Assembly: GCA_934153945.1 (NCBI GenBank)
Contig: CAKPFM010000004.1
Span: 34,469-98,468 of the forward strand
Reading direction: 5' to 3'
DNA from: an uncultured Bacilli bacterium
GTDB lineage: Bacteria; Bacillota_I; Bacilli_A; RF39; UBA660
Length of the DNA: 64,000 nucleotides
Shown: positions 21,021 to 31,998 of the stretch, piece by piece
Layout: every line of letters begins with the position of its first letter
Numbering within the stretch: position 1 is the first letter of the stretch
Notes under the pieces: generated by a model
Told to the model about the DNA's origin: nothing
What the model saw: only the letters and a program-made list of their open reading frames with translations
The model's database searches: none
Position numbers and translations under genes: made by a program

Positions 21021-22682
21021 ATGGCTAGAATTATAAAAATAAATTACAAAGACTTGGAAACAAAAGAATTTGAAGCAGGATTAACATTAAAAGAAATAAG
21101 TAAATCATTCAAAAATCATTTTAATTATCCTATATTGGTAGGAAAAGTAGATAATAATATTGAGGAATTGAATGAAGTAATTAATAGAAGTTGTGATGTA
21201 GAATTTTTTGATAGAAGTACAGGTTTAGGAAATGGTATATATGGTAGAACTCTACAATTCATGATAATAGTAGCAGTTAAGAGATTATATGGAAAAGATA
21301 CTGAAGTTTTAATACATTATTCAATAGATAAAGGATTTTTTTGTGAAGTAATTGGCGTAGAAATAGATAAATCATCAGTAAAAGAAATAGAAAATGAGTT
21401 AAAAAAATTAAATAAAGAAGATTTAATTATAAATAAGGTGAGTGTATCTAGATTTGATGCTATTAAATACTTTAAGAAAAATAAACAAATTGATAAAGTT
21501 AAAGTATTGAAATATATTAGTAATTCTTATATTAATTTATATCGTATAGATAATATATATGATTATTTTTATGGAGAATTAGCTTATTCAACAAGAGATA
21601 TTGATGATTTTGCTTTAACATACATAAGTGGTAATGGTTTTGTAGCAAGTTATCCAGATACATATAACCCAGAATGTACTTTAAGTTATAAACATCATGA
21701 AATGTTGTTTAATACATTCTATGATTATACAAAATGGGGTAGTGAAATAGGAATTAATAATGCAGCTGATTTAAATGAAGTTGTATCTAAGGGTGAATAT
21801 AATAGATTAATTCATGTTGCAGAAACATATTATAATAATCAATTATCTAAAATAGCAGATGAAATATATAATAATAGAAAAAGAATTAAAATTGTTTTAA
21901 TTGCTGGACCTTCATCAAGTGGTAAAACTACAACTAGTAAAAAGTTAGAAATGCATTTACAAAGTAAAGGTATAAAAACTCATCAAATTTCAATAGATGA
22001 TTATTTCTTAGATAGAGATAAAACACCTAAATTAGAAAATGGAGAATTAGATTTAGAATCATTAAATGCTGTTGATGTAACTTTATTTAATAAACATCTA
22101 ACAAAATTATTAGAAGGAGAAAGAGTAGAATTACCAGAATATAATTTTGTTTTAGGGAAAAGGGAATATAAAGGAAAAAATTTATTATTAGGTGATAATG
22201 ATATGATTATTATTGAAGGATTACATGGATTAAATGAAGATTTAACTAGTTCGATAGAAAGAAATAAAAAATATAAAATTTATATAAGTCCATTAACTCA
22301 ATTAAATATAGATAATCATAATCGTATACATACAAGTGATACAAGAAAATTAAGAAGAATTATAAGAGATAATAAATATCGCTCATATTCAGCTAGTGAA
22401 ACATTAAGTATGTGGAAAAATATAAGAGAAGGGGAAGAAAAATATATATTCCCTTATCAAGATGATGCTGATACTATAATAAATTCAGCACTTATATATG
22501 AATTAGGTATTTTAAAAACATATGCAGAACCATTATTATTCTCAGTAGAAGAATCTGATCCAATGTATAGTGAAGCATTAAGATTAATCAATTTCTTAAG
22601 AAACTTCTTACCTATACCTAGTGAAGAAGTGCCATCAGATTCAGTTTTAAGGGAATTTATTGGTGGAAGTTGTTTTAAATAG
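21021..22682 (+). CDS. Uridine kinase-family (PRK/Udk-like) protein with an N-terminal TGS/ThrRS-like domain
   Basis: P-loop LIAGPSSSGKTT in the central domain. The N-terminal MARIIKINYKD... resembles a TGS domain. Confidence 0.5.
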   Translation: MARIIKINYKDLETKEFEAGLTLKEISKSFKNHFNYPILVGKVDNNIEELNEVINRSCDVEFFDRSTGLGNGIYGRTLQFMIIVAVKRLYGKDTEVLIHYSIDKGFFCEVIGVEIDKSSVKEIENELKKLNKEDLIINKVSVSRFDAIKYFKKNKQIDKVKVLKYISNSYINLYRIDNIYDYFYGELAYSTRDIDDFALTYISGNGFVASYPDTYNPECTLSYKHHEMLFNTFYDYTKWGSEIGINNAADLNEVVSKGEYNRLIHVAETYYNNQLSKIADEIYNNRKRIKIVLIAGPSSSGKTTTSKKLEMHLQSKGIKTHQISIDDYFLDRDKTPKLENGELDLESLNAVDVTLFNKHLTKLLEGERVELPEYNFVLGKREYKGKNLLLGDNDMIIIEGLHGLNEDLTSSIERNKKYKIYISPLTQLNIDNHNRIHTSDTRKLRRIIRDNKYRSYSASETLSMWKNIREGEEKYIFPYQDDADTIINSALIYELGILKTYAEPLLFSVEESDPMYSEALRLINFLRNFLPIPSEEVPSDSVLREFIGGSCFK

Positions 22683-22732
22683 TATTAAATTAAAAAAATT
22701 AAACAATATAGTAATTAGAAAAGAGGGATTAT

Positions 22733-23737
22733 ATGATAAAAGTAGCAATTAACGGATTTGGAAGAATTGGTAGATTAGTATTTAGAATTATGGAAGAAGA
22801 TCCTAATTTTGAAGTAGTAGCAATTAATGATTTAACTGATGCAGAACAATTAGCTTATTTATTAAAATATGATACATCACATAGAAGTTATAGAGTAAAT
22901 GAAATATCTAGTGAAGGAAATGAATTAATAGTAGGTTCAAGAAGAATTAAAGTATTTGCTGAAATGGATCCAAAAAATTTACCATGGAAGGGATTAGGTA
23001 TAGACGAAGTATTTGAATGTACTGGTAAATTTACTGATAAAGATAGTGCATATTCACATATAATAGCAGGAGCTAAAAAAGTAATTATTTCAGCACCAGC
23101 TAAAGGTGATTTAAAAACTATAGTTTATAATGTAAATCAAGATACTTTAGATGGGACTGAAGAAATAATAAGTGCCGCTAGTTGTACAACTAATTGTCTA
23201 GCTCCAGTACTAAAAGTATTAAATGATAATTTTGGTATTGAAAAAGGTTACATGACAACAGTTCATGCATATACAAATGATCAATCAGTATTAGATGTAG
23301 CTCATAAAAAAGGAGCAAAATCTCGTCGTGGTAGAGCATCAGCTGCTAACATAGTTCCATCATCTACAGGAGCAGCTACTGCTATTGGAAAAGTAATACC
23401 AGATTTAAATGGTAAATTGAGTGGTAATGCATTAAGAGTTCCAACTACTACAGGTTCTGTAATTGATTTAACTTTAGAATTAAAGAAAAATGTAACTGTA
23501 GAAGAAATAAATAATGCATTTAAAAATAATACAAATGAAACTTTAGGTTATACAGAAGATCCAATTGTATCAAGTGATATTATAGGTTCACATTTAGGAG
23601 CGCTAGTAGATTCTTTATTAACAGAGGTATTAGATGTAGATGGAAAACAATTAGTAAAAGTTGTAGCTTGGTATGATAATGAAATGGGTTATTCAGCACA
23701 AATGGTAAGAACAGCCAAATATTTAGATAATAAATAG
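22733..23737 (+). CDS. gap: Glyceraldehyde-3-phosphate dehydrogenase
   Basis: NGFGRIGR Rossmann motif and active-site SCTTNCLAP. Confidence 0.95.
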   Translation: MIKVAINGFGRIGRLVFRIMEEDPNFEVVAINDLTDAEQLAYLLKYDTSHRSYRVNEISSEGNELIVGSRRIKVFAEMDPKNLPWKGLGIDEVFECTGKFTDKDSAYSHIIAGAKKVIISAPAKGDLKTIVYNVNQDTLDGTEEIISAASCTTNCLAPVLKVLNDNFGIEKGYMTTVHAYTNDQSVLDVAHKKGAKSRRGRASAANIVPSSTGAATAIGKVIPDLNGKLSGNALRVPTTTGSVIDLTLELKKNVTVEEINNAFKNNTNETLGYTEDPIVSSDIIGSHLGALVDSLLTEVLDVDGKQLVKVVAWYDNEMGYSAQMVRTAKYLDNK

Positions 23738-23742
23738 AAGAG

Positions 23743-23769
23743 TAAGTCTTGAAAAAGACTTATTTTTTT
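23743..23769 (+). terminator. Intrinsic terminator; the 27-nt sequence is identical to 35231-35257
   Basis: taagtctt-gaaa-aagactta followed by T7. Confidence 0.7.
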
Positions 23770-23851
23770 GTTAAAATAAAAGTATAAATAGTAAATGAAA
23801 GATTTATAATGATACTAAATTCATTATTTTTATATTGAAAGGGTGTTAATA

Positions 23852-26800
23852 ATGAAAAGAAATGGATTTACGTTGATAGAATTATTAGCTGTTATAGTAA
23901 TATTATCGGTAATATCATTAATAACGATACCAATTGTAACAGGTGTGATAGATACATCAAGAAGAAATAGTTTTAAAGTAACATGTATGGAAATATATGA
24001 TTCATATGATACCTATGTTGTTGCAAATGATTCAATAGGAAAAAATAATTCAAATATTATATTTGATTTTTCAAGTAAAAGGCAAAATACAGAAATAATA
24101 GGGGATATTAAATATGAACCAGTAAGTAAATTGTATTTAAAAGGTGAATTACCTAATAATGGAAAATATCAAATAAAAAATGATAAAAGAACACTAAAAG
24201 CAGATAATGGAAGATATACATGTGTAATTGATGAAAATAGAAGTGAGATATTAGGTGGAACTGTAGAAGAAAATGATACAACAGCTCCAGTAATAAATGA
24301 TGTAGTAATAACAAGTACAACAAATAGTATAAAAGTAGTAGTGGATGCTATAGAAGAAGATGGAGTGATTGCTAAATATTATTATAAATTTAATGGAGAA
24401 GAAATAGTAAGTGAAAATAATAGTAAAACATACACTAATTTAAAAGCAAATGAAGAGTATGAGATAGAAGTAGTAGTAGAAAATAAAAGTGGATTAAAGA
24501 GTAATAAAGTAGTTAAAAAGATAATGACAAAAAGTGTTTCAAATCCAACAATCAAACAGACAGTGCAAACACCAAGTAGTGGATATAGTTATGCACAATC
24601 AAGAACAATTCAAATTACATATAGTAATACAAATGTAAATAGTCCAGTATATTACTTCAAATCAAGTGTAGGAGCAACAGTAGCTAGTGGAGTAGTAACA
24701 GCATCATGTGGAACAGGAACAAATCCAGGAACATGTACAAGTTCAAGTGTAACAACAATAGTAGCTAATACATGGTATAAAACAACAAGTACAACACCAA
24801 GTGTAATATATAAAGCAAATGGAACATTGTATGCGTTAACAAGTGATGGAGCAAATATATCAGGAACAAGTACATTTACAATAAGTAAGATAGATACAAG
24901 TGCCCCAAGTGCAAGCATGAGTGTAGGAAGTATCAAAACAGATAGAGCAACAATAACAGCGACATGTAGTGATGCACAGTCAGGAATAACAAAATATGAA
25001 TATAGTAAAGATAATGGAACAACATGGATAACAAATGGAACAACAAATAGTTATACATTTACAGGCTTAACAAAAGAAACAAGTTATAAATACAAAATAA
25101 GATGTACGAATGGAAGTGGCTTGACAAAAGAAGCAAGTAGTACAAGTAGTACATTAGGATTTACAAATCCAACAATAAAACAAACGAGTCAAACACCAAC
25201 AAGTGGAACATGGGCAACAAGTAGAACAATTCAAATTACATATAGTAATACGAATGTAACAAGTCCAGTATATTACTTCAAATCAAGTGTAGGAGCAACA
25301 GTAGCTAGTGGAGTAGTAACAGCTGCGTGTGGAACAGGAACAAATCCAGGAACATGTACAAGTTCAAATATAACAACATTAGTAGCTAATACATGGTATA
25401 AAACAACAAGTACAACACCAAGTGTAACATATAAAGCAAATGGAACATTGTATGCGTTAACAAGTGATGGAGCAAATATATCAGGAACAAGTACATTTAC
25501 AATAAGTAAGATAGATACAAGTGCCCCAAGTGCAAGCATGAGTGTAGGAAGTATCAAAACAGATAGAGCAACAATAACAGCGACATGTAGTGATGCACAG
25601 TCAGGAATAACAAAATATGAATATAGTAAAGATAATGGAACAACATGGATATCAAATGGAACAACAAATAGTTATACATTTACAGGCTTAACAAAAGAAA
25701 CAAGTTATCAATACAAAATAAGATGTACAAACGGAAGTGGCTTAACAAAAGAAGCAAGTAGTACAAGTAGTACATTAGGATTTACAAATCCAACAATAAA
25801 ACAAACGAGTCAAACACCAAGTAGTGGAACATGGGCAACAAGTAGAACAATTCAAATTACATATAGTAATACAAATGTAAATAGTCCAGTATATTACTTC
25901 AAATCAAGTGTAGGAGCAACAGTAGCTAGTGGAGTAGTAACAGCTGCGTGTGGAACAGGAACAAATCCAGGAACATGTACAAGTTCAAATATAACAACAT
26001 TAGTAGCTAATACATGGTATAAAACAACAAGTACAACACCAAGTGTAATATATAGAGCAAATGGAACATTGTATGCATTAACAAGTGATGGAAAGAATAT
26101 ATCAGGAACAAGTACATTTACAATAAGTAAGATAGATACAAGTGCCCCATCAATATATGCATATTCTGGAACAATGTTATATCAGGATCCATATTTCACT
26201 TTGGGAACTAATAGTACTAGTATTTATAATAATTTAGGAAATGGAACAGTAACAATTACTAGAAAAGAAATGTCAGGAACATATTATGGATATGGAATTG
26301 AAATATCAACAACAGGAACAGCAAGTCCAGGACATGGTGGTTTCACTTTCTATACAGTATCAGCTGCCAATAAGGAACTTATTACAATAATAAATGCGAA
26401 AATACCAGTAGGATATCAAATAAACTGGGCTTCAAATGAAGTAGGTAATGGTGGAGTATTTGAATGGTTAACCAGTCAAGCAGGAACCGGAAATTGGCAA
26501 ACATATATATTTAGATTAAAATGCGGTTCAAGTGGAACATTTGCAACAACAAATTTCTTCTATTTAACAGGTGGATCAACAGCAACAACATCTTCCCCAG
26601 TAACATGGCAAGTCCAATTAGCAACAACAATAGATACAACAAAATATGGAGCAAGTAATTTTATAGTATTTGCAGGAAAAGATACAGAAAGCGGAGTAGC
26701 AGCATTTGGGGTAAATCAAAGTAGTACTACAGAACCATCATGGACAGCAACAAATGTTGGATGGTGGGCAGGTGGATATACATCAAATAGAACATATTAT

Positions 26801-28105
26801 GTATGGATAAAGGATGCACTAGATAATGTAAGTAAAGTACCTGTGACATTAAGTTATATAGATAATGTAACAACTCCAACAGTAACATACAATGGAGGAA
26901 GTAATAGTCATAGTTGGAAGAACAACTATAATATAACATTAACATCAACAGCTACAAGTGGAATACATCATTATGAAGTAGATTGGGATGGAGATGGAAT
27001 AGCAAATCAAACTATAACTAGTAATTTTATACCATGGGATGGATATTCATCATGTAATAATAGATTTAGAGCAGTAAGTAATAATGGTGTAGAAAGCGCT
27101 TGGACAAGTTCTCATGATATCCACATGGATACAAGCGCACCAGGAGCAACAACAATAACGTATAATGGTGGAGCAAATACATGTATATGGAAAAATAACT
27201 ATAATTTGACATTAACGTCAACGGATAATGTAGGAGTTTCATATTATCAAATAGATACAAATAATGATGGAGTGGCAGATACAACAGTAGGAAGTAGTTT
27301 TATTCCAACAAATGGATGGAGTACATGTACTGCAAGATTTAGAGCAGTAGATGGTGCTGGAAATGTTGGACCATGGACAGAAAAGCAACATATCCACATG
27401 GATACAGAAAAACCAGTACATACAAATTGGTGGTGGGGAGAAGTTACTAAAGATGTGGCAAGATTATATGTTCAAGCAACAGATAATGTAGGATTACCAG
27501 CTAATGCAACAACATACGATGGACATAATGCAGGAGTGTACTGTCCAACCTCAACACAAAGTGGCGGATATACAAACTTTGTATGGTTTAAAGGAAATTG
27601 GGACGCGAGTGCAAATGCATATAGATGTGATATAACGCCAAGTACTTTTGGACACTATGGACAAACATATAGAACACATTTATACATATATGATTATGTA
27701 GGAAATGGTGGATACTATAATGCAACATCAGTAAATATACCAACACCTAGTTATGCAGCAACAAATTCAAGTTATGCGGCAACTCCTAATACAACAACTT
27801 ATCCAACACAACCTACTGGAGAAACATATCGTTGTTGTTGGCATATAAGTAGTGCTAATGCATCAAAGAGTCAATGTGCTAGTGATACTATTGTAGATTA
27901 TGAAGATGGAAGTGGAAGATGGGAATGCGATCAATGTAGTACCTGTCCTAGAAAAGCATGTACAAATGGAGGAACGCAAAATGGTGATATTTGTACAAAG
28001 ACTGAATATACATGTCCAAATGGAGGAACTTTAAGTGGAACGACATGTGTCTTATATACATGTCCAAATGGAGGAACCTTAAGTGGAACAACATGTGTCA
28101 AATAA
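23852..28105 (+). CDS. Giant prepilin-type N-terminal domain protein, paralog 2, with FN3-like and tandem repeat modules and a Cys-rich C-terminus
   Basis: ATG at 23852 after an AAGGGTG RBS. MKRNG|FTLIELLAVIVIL. About 1417 aa, very rich in Thr/Ser/Gly/Asn. Confidence 0.8.
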   Translation: MKRNGFTLIELLAVIVILSVISLITIPIVTGVIDTSRRNSFKVTCMEIYDSYDTYVVANDSIGKNNSNIIFDFSSKRQNTEIIGDIKYEPVSKLYLKGELPNNGKYQIKNDKRTLKADNGRYTCVIDENRSEILGGTVEENDTTAPVINDVVITSTTNSIKVVVDAIEEDGVIAKYYYKFNGEEIVSENNSKTYTNLKANEEYEIEVVVENKSGLKSNKVVKKIMTKSVSNPTIKQTVQTPSSGYSYAQSRTIQITYSNTNVNSPVYYFKSSVGATVASGVVTASCGTGTNPGTCTSSSVTTIVANTWYKTTSTTPSVIYKANGTLYALTSDGANISGTSTFTISKIDTSAPSASMSVGSIKTDRATITATCSDAQSGITKYEYSKDNGTTWITNGTTNSYTFTGLTKETSYKYKIRCTNGSGLTKEASSTSSTLGFTNPTIKQTSQTPTSGTWATSRTIQITYSNTNVTSPVYYFKSSVGATVASGVVTAACGTGTNPGTCTSSNITTLVANTWYKTTSTTPSVTYKANGTLYALTSDGANISGTSTFTISKIDTSAPSASMSVGSIKTDRATITATCSDAQSGITKYEYSKDNGTTWISNGTTNSYTFTGLTKETSYQYKIRCTNGSGLTKEASSTSSTLGFTNPTIKQTSQTPSSGTWATSRTIQITYSNTNVNSPVYYFKSSVGATVASGVVTAACGTGTNPGTCTSSNITTLVANTWYKTTSTTPSVIYRANGTLYALTSDGKNISGTSTFTISKIDTSAPSIYAYSGTMLYQDPYFTLGTNSTSIYNNLGNGTVTITRKEMSGTYYGYGIEISTTGTASPGHGGFTFYTVSAANKELITIINAKIPVGYQINWASNEVGNGGVFEWLTSQAGTGNWQTYIFRLKCGSSGTFATTNFFYLTGGSTATTSSPVTWQVQLATTIDTTKYGASNFIVFAGKDTESGVAAFGVNQSSTTEPSWTATNVGWWAGGYTSNRTYYVWIKDALDNVSKVPVTLSYIDNVTTPTVTYNGGSNSHSWKNNYNITLTSTATSGIHHYEVDWDGDGIANQTITSNFIPWDGYSSCNNRFRAVSNNGVESAWTSSHDIHMDTSAPGATTITYNGGANTCIWKNNYNLTLTSTDNVGVSYYQIDTNNDGVADTTVGSSFIPTNGWSTCTARFRAVDGAGNVGPWTEKQHIHMDTEKPVHTNWWWGEVTKDVARLYVQATDNVGLPANATTYDGHNAGVYCPTSTQSGGYTNFVWFKGNWDASANAYRCDITPSTFGHYGQTYRTHLYIYDYVGNGGYYNATSVNIPTPSYAATNSSYAATPNTTTYPTQPTGETYRCCWHISSANASKSQCASDTIVDYEDGSGRWECDQCSTCPRKACTNGGTQNGDICTKTEYTCPNGGTLSGTTCVLYTCPNGGTLSGTTCVK
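24542..26150 (+). repeat. About 2.6 tandem copies of a 621/624-bp near-identical unit inside the CDS
   Basis: Copies start at 24542, 25166 and 25787. The antisense ORFs 24652-24936 and 25273-25557 translate almost identically. Confidence 0.85.
26868..27410 (+). repeat. Two divergent copies of a roughly 270-bp module
   Basis: Repeated TYNGG.N..W.NNYN.TLTST...RFRAV...HMDT pattern. Confidence 0.5.
28004..28096 (+). repeat. Two 45-48-nt direct repeats encoding YTCPNGGTLSGTTCV
   Basis: At the extreme C-terminus; a degenerate third copy lies upstream. Confidence 0.8.
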
Positions 28106-28126
28106 AAATAAAGAAAGGAAAAAAAT

Positions 28127-28534
28127 ATGAAAAGAACAATAAAAACATTATTAATAGGAATATTCACAATCAGTTTAATAACTGGTTGTGGATGTAGTAA
28201 AAAAGAGGAAGAACCAAAAGAAGAAATAAAAGCAAATACAAATGAAGAAGTAATAAAAGATCAAAAAGTAGAAGAATTTGAGCTAAAAAATACATCTTTA
28301 ATATATGAAGATGGAAATACAACATTAGAAACAACAGTAACAAATACATCAGAAAAAGATACATACTTAAAAGAATTTGATATCCAAGTATTAGATAAAG
28401 ATGGAAATGAAGTGGTAGTATTAAAAGGATTTGTTGGAGAACAAATGAAAGCAGGAGAATCAAGAGTAATAAATAGTTACTATAATGAAGATTTAAGTAC
28501 TGCTACTAAAATAGTTTATACAGTTATAAGATAA
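28127..28534 (+). CDS. Small lipoprotein, probably cotranscribed with the giant pilin-like gene
   Basis: 22-bp gap after the pilin-like gene. Lipobox LITGC. Confidence 0.6.
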   Translation: MKRTIKTLLIGIFTISLITGCGCSKKEEEPKEEIKANTNEEVIKDQKVEEFELKNTSLIYEDGNTTLETTVTNTSEKDTYLKEFDIQVLDKDGNEVVVLKGFVGEQMKAGESRVINSYYNEDLSTATKIVYTVIR

Positions 28535-28620
28535 AACTTAAAAGCCTTTAAATAAAAGGAAAAATTAATAAAACCTTTTACACAAGGCTTTTTTTTTGAT
28601 ATAATAAAGTAGGTGATGGT

Positions 28621-31119
28621 ATGCAAAAGATAATAAGCAAAATAGAAGATTATTCACTAGAGTTTATGATGGAAAAAAGTTTTGGAAGATACTCTAAAAG
28701 TATTATACAAGATAGAGCTCTTCCAGATGTGAGAGATGGATTAAAACCAGTACAAAGAAGAATCTTATATGGTATGTATATAGAAGGACATACATTCGAT
28801 AAACCTCCAGTAAAATCAGCTCGTAGTGTTGGAGATATAATGGGTAAATTTCATCCACATGGTGATTCAAGTATATATGAAGCAATGGTTCGTATGAGTC
28901 AATGGTGGAAACAAAATGAATGTTATATTGATATGCAAGGTAATAATGGTTCAATGGATGGTGATGGTGCTGCTGCAATGCGTTATACAGAAGCAAAACT
29001 ATCTAAAATAAGTAATGAATTAATGAAAGATATAAAAAGAGGAACAGTAGACTTTGTTCCAAATTTTGATGATTCAAGAAAAGAACCTTTAGTTTTACCA
29101 GCAAAATATCCAAATTTACTAGTAAATGGTGCTGTAGGAATAAGTGCTGGATATGCTACAAATATTCCACCACATAATTTAGGAGAAGTAATAGATGCTA
29201 CTATAAAAAGAATAGATAGTCCAAACTGCTATCTAGAAACAATTATGGATATTGTTAAAGGGCCAGACTTTCCAACAGGTGGTATAGTGGAAGGTAAAAA
29301 TGGAATAATTGATGCATTTAAAACTGGTAGAGGAAAAGTAGTAGTAAAACCTAAATATGAAATAATAACAGATAAAACTAAAACAAGCATTATAATTTCA
29401 CAAATACCATTTGAAGTAAATAAACTATTATTAGTTTCTAAAATGAATGAAATTAGAATAGATAAAAAAATCGATGGAATAATAGATGTAAGAGATGAAT
29501 CAGATAGACAAGATCCTGTAAGAATAGTAATAGAAATAAAAAAAGATGCCGATCCAAATTTTATACTAAATTACTTTTATAAAAATACAGATTTAATGAT
29601 TAACTACAATTATAATATGGTTGCTATAGTAAATAAAAGACCAGTAACAATAGGTATTTTAGGTATATTAGATGCTTATATTAGTCACTTAAGAGAAGTA
29701 ATAGTAAGAAGAACTAAATTTGATTTAGAATTCAATAGAAATGAATTACATATTGTAGAAGGTTTAATAAAGGCACTATCTATACTAGATGAAGTAATTA
29801 AAACTATTAGAGCAAGTAAAGATAGAAGTGATGCTATAAATAATTTAGTAAAAGAATTTGATTTTACATTTAAACAAGCAGAAGCTATTGTAGTTTTACA
29901 ATTATATAGATTAACTAATACAGATGTAACAGAACTAGAAGAAAAAGCTAAAAACTTAAAACTTGTAATAGCAGCTCTAGAAGCAATACTAAATGATGAA
30001 AATAGATTAAAAACAGTTATGAAAGAAGAATTAAAAGATATTAAGAAAAACTATGCTACTGAAAGAAAGACCATAATAAAAGATGAAGTAGAAGAAATTA
30101 AAATAGATACTGTAAGTATGATACCTAAAGAAGATGTAATAGTAGTTGTAACAAATGAAGGATATGTAAAAAGAGTATCCCTTAGAAGTTATGATAAAGA
30201 AACAGAAACTACATTAAAAGATGGAGATTATGTAATAGGAAGATATAAAATATCTACTTTAGATACTATATTAATGTTTACTAATAAAGGTAATTATCTA
30301 TATGTACCAGTTTATGAATTACCAGATTTAAAATGGAAAGAAATGGGTAAACATATAAGTAATATTATAAATATTAGTTCTGATGAAAATATTGTATCAG
30401 TATTCCCAGTATATAATTTTAATGCGGAATTATATGTTACAATTTTCACAAAAAATGGTATGGTAAAAAGAACAAAACTAAGTGAATTTGTTGTTCAAAG
30501 ATATTCAAAACCAGTATGTTCTATAAAATTAAAAGACGATGATGAAGTTGTAAGTGTTGATTTAAGTAATAATCCATTTACATTTATAGTAACATCTTTA
30601 GGTTATGCTTTAACATATAAAACTGAAGAAATACCAGTAGTTGGTGTAAAAGCAAGTGGTGTAAAAGCTATTACTTTAAAAAATGATATAGTTGTTTCAG
30701 GAATTTTATATAATGAAAATGCTGAATATTTAACAATTATAACTGATAAAAAAACAGCTAAAAGAGTAAAACTACAAGAATTTGAAATAACTTCAAGAGC
30801 TAGAAGAGGTATTCAAGTAGTAAGAGAAGTTAAAACAAATCCTTATGCAATAATAAAAGCATTTATAATTCACTATAAAGAAATGTTAAATATTAAAACT
30901 GCTAGTGAATTAATTGAAATAAAATTAACAGAAATACCTATAGCTGAAAGACTATCTACAGGAAGTACTATAGCTAAAACAAAAATTTTAGATGTATATC
31001 CAAACTATGAACTAGTTAGTAGTGTAGTAGAAGAAAAACAAGAAAAAGAAAATATTTCATTAGAAGAAATTGATAAAAAAATGATGACTATTGATGATTT
31101 TTTAGATAATATAGAATAA
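28621..31119 (+). CDS. parC: DNA topoisomerase IV subunit A
   Basis: GyrA/ParC N-terminal breakage-reunion domain with [12 protein letters not shown]. No GyrA box (QRRGGKG) in the C-terminal domain. No adjacent B subunit. Confidence 0.7.
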   Translation: MQKIISKIEDYSLEFMMEKSFGRYSKSIIQDRALPDVRDGLKPVQRRILYGMYIEGHTFDKPPVKSARSVGDIMGKFHPHGDSSIYEAMVRMSQWWKQNECYIDMQGNNGSMDGDGAAAMRYTEAKLSKISNELMKDIKRGTVDFVPNFDDSRKEPLVLPAKYPNLLVNGAVGISAGYATNIPPHNLGEVIDATIKRIDSPNCYLETIMDIVKGPDFPTGGIVEGKNGIIDAFKTGRGKVVVKPKYEIITDKTKTSIIISQIPFEVNKLLLVSKMNEIRIDKKIDGIIDVRDESDRQDPVRIVIEIKKDADPNFILNYFYKNTDLMINYNYNMVAIVNKRPVTIGILGILDAYISHLREVIVRRTKFDLEFNRNELHIVEGLIKALSILDEVIKTIRASKDRSDAINNLVKEFDFTFKQAEAIVVLQLYRLTNTDVTELEEKAKNLKLVIAALEAILNDENRLKTVMKEELKDIKKNYATERKTIIKDEVEEIKIDTVSMIPKEDVIVVVTNEGYVKRVSLRSYDKETETTLKDGDYVIGRYKISTLDTILMFTNKGNYLYVPVYELPDLKWKEMGKHISNIINISSDENIVSVFPVYNFNAELYVTIFTKNGMVKRTKLSEFVVQRYSKPVCSIKLKDDDEVVSVDLSNNPFTFIVTSLGYALTYKTEEIPVVGVKASGVKAITLKNDIVVSGILYNENAEYLTIITDKKTAKRVKLQEFEITSRARRGIQVVREVKTNPYAIIKAFIIHYKEMLNIKTASELIEIKLTEIPIAERLSTGSTIAKTKILDVYPNYELVSSVVEEKQEKENISLEEIDKKMMTIDDFLDNIE

Positions 31120-31168
31120 TAGTTGTAAATATAACTATATTATAGTAATATTAATAAAGGAGGAAAAT

Positions 31169-31384
31169 ATGGAATTTTTATTTGATATATTAAAAATATT
31201 AGGTGGAGTATTAATAGGAGCTGTAATAGGATTTCTATTAGCTAAAAAATATATGCAAAAATATATGAAACAAAATCCACCAATTAATGAACAAATGATT
31301 AAAACTATGATGATGCAGATGGGTAGAACACCTAGTCAAAAACAAGTTAATCAAATGATGAAACAAATGAACAAATTTATGTAG
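31169..31384 (+). CDS. UPF0154/YneF family small membrane protein
   Basis: N-terminal TM segment then [24 protein letters not shown], typical of YneF. Confidence 0.55.
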   Translation: MEFLFDILKILGGVLIGAVIGFLLAKKYMQKYMKQNPPINEQMIKTMMMQMGRTPSQKQVNQMMKQMNKFM

Positions 31385-31405
31385 AGTACTTATGTACTCT
31401 TTTTT
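31383..31405 (+). terminator. Intrinsic terminator
   Basis: agagtac-ttat-gtactct followed by T6. Confidence 0.6.
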
Positions 31406-31998
31406 AATTCATAACTATTATCAGTAATTATACCTATATTATCAGGTAATTTATCAAGTAATTTATAATTATTAACAGTCCATATAAATAAATCTTTATT
31501 AAAATTTTTTTTGACATTATAATGTACTGATAAAAAATCAAATAGATTGATATCTTTATTAATATTCATATTATATCCTATAATAAGACCAACTTTTAAT
31601 GATTTATAATTATTTTTTAAAGTATAAACAAAATCATAATTAAAACTACAAATATAGATATTTAAATACTTATATTTTTTAATAAATTTATAAAATTTAT
31701 CTATATCTATATTATCTTTAATATCAAGTATTATTATTTTATCAGTATTAATATTACTTAAAAGATATTCTAAAGTAGTAAGATTTAAATCTTTAGAATT
31801 AGTTTTTGAAATAAAATAAATATTATGATTTTTTTTAATAAAAGAATTATGATTTAAAACTAATACATTATCTAGAGAATTTCTAACATCTATTTCTATA
31901 CCATATATATAGTCATAATTGATAATAGTTTTTAAACATTCAAATTTATTTTCACAACTTCCACTATTATTACCTCTATGAGCTATAAATTTATACAT
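31390..31998 (-). CDS. Glycerophosphodiester phosphodiesterase family protein
   Basis: MYKFIAHRG catalytic His-Arg motif. 202 aa. Confidence 0.7.
   Translation of the reverse strand: MYKFIAHRGNNSGSCENKFECLKTIINYDYIYGIEIDVRNSLDNVLVLNHNSFIKKNHNIYFISKTNSKDLNLTTLEYLLSNINTDKIIILDIKDNIDIDKFYKFIKKYKYLNIYICSFNYDFVYTLKNNYKSLKVGLIIGYNMNINKDINLFDFLSVHYNVKKNFNKDLFIWTVNNYKLLDKLPDNIGIITDNSYELKKST

Noticed and set aside
24652-25557. Two nearly identical 94-aa antisense ORFs (24652-24936 and 25273-25557)
   Set aside because: They are mirror images of the 621-bp tandem repeats inside the large plus-strand pilin-like CDS. They have no RBS and a low-complexity hydrophobic translation.
28012-28197. Plus-strand 61-aa ORF and minus-strand ORF 27931-28167
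   Set aside because: These are artefacts of the 45-nt Cys-repeat at the end of the giant pilin-like gene.
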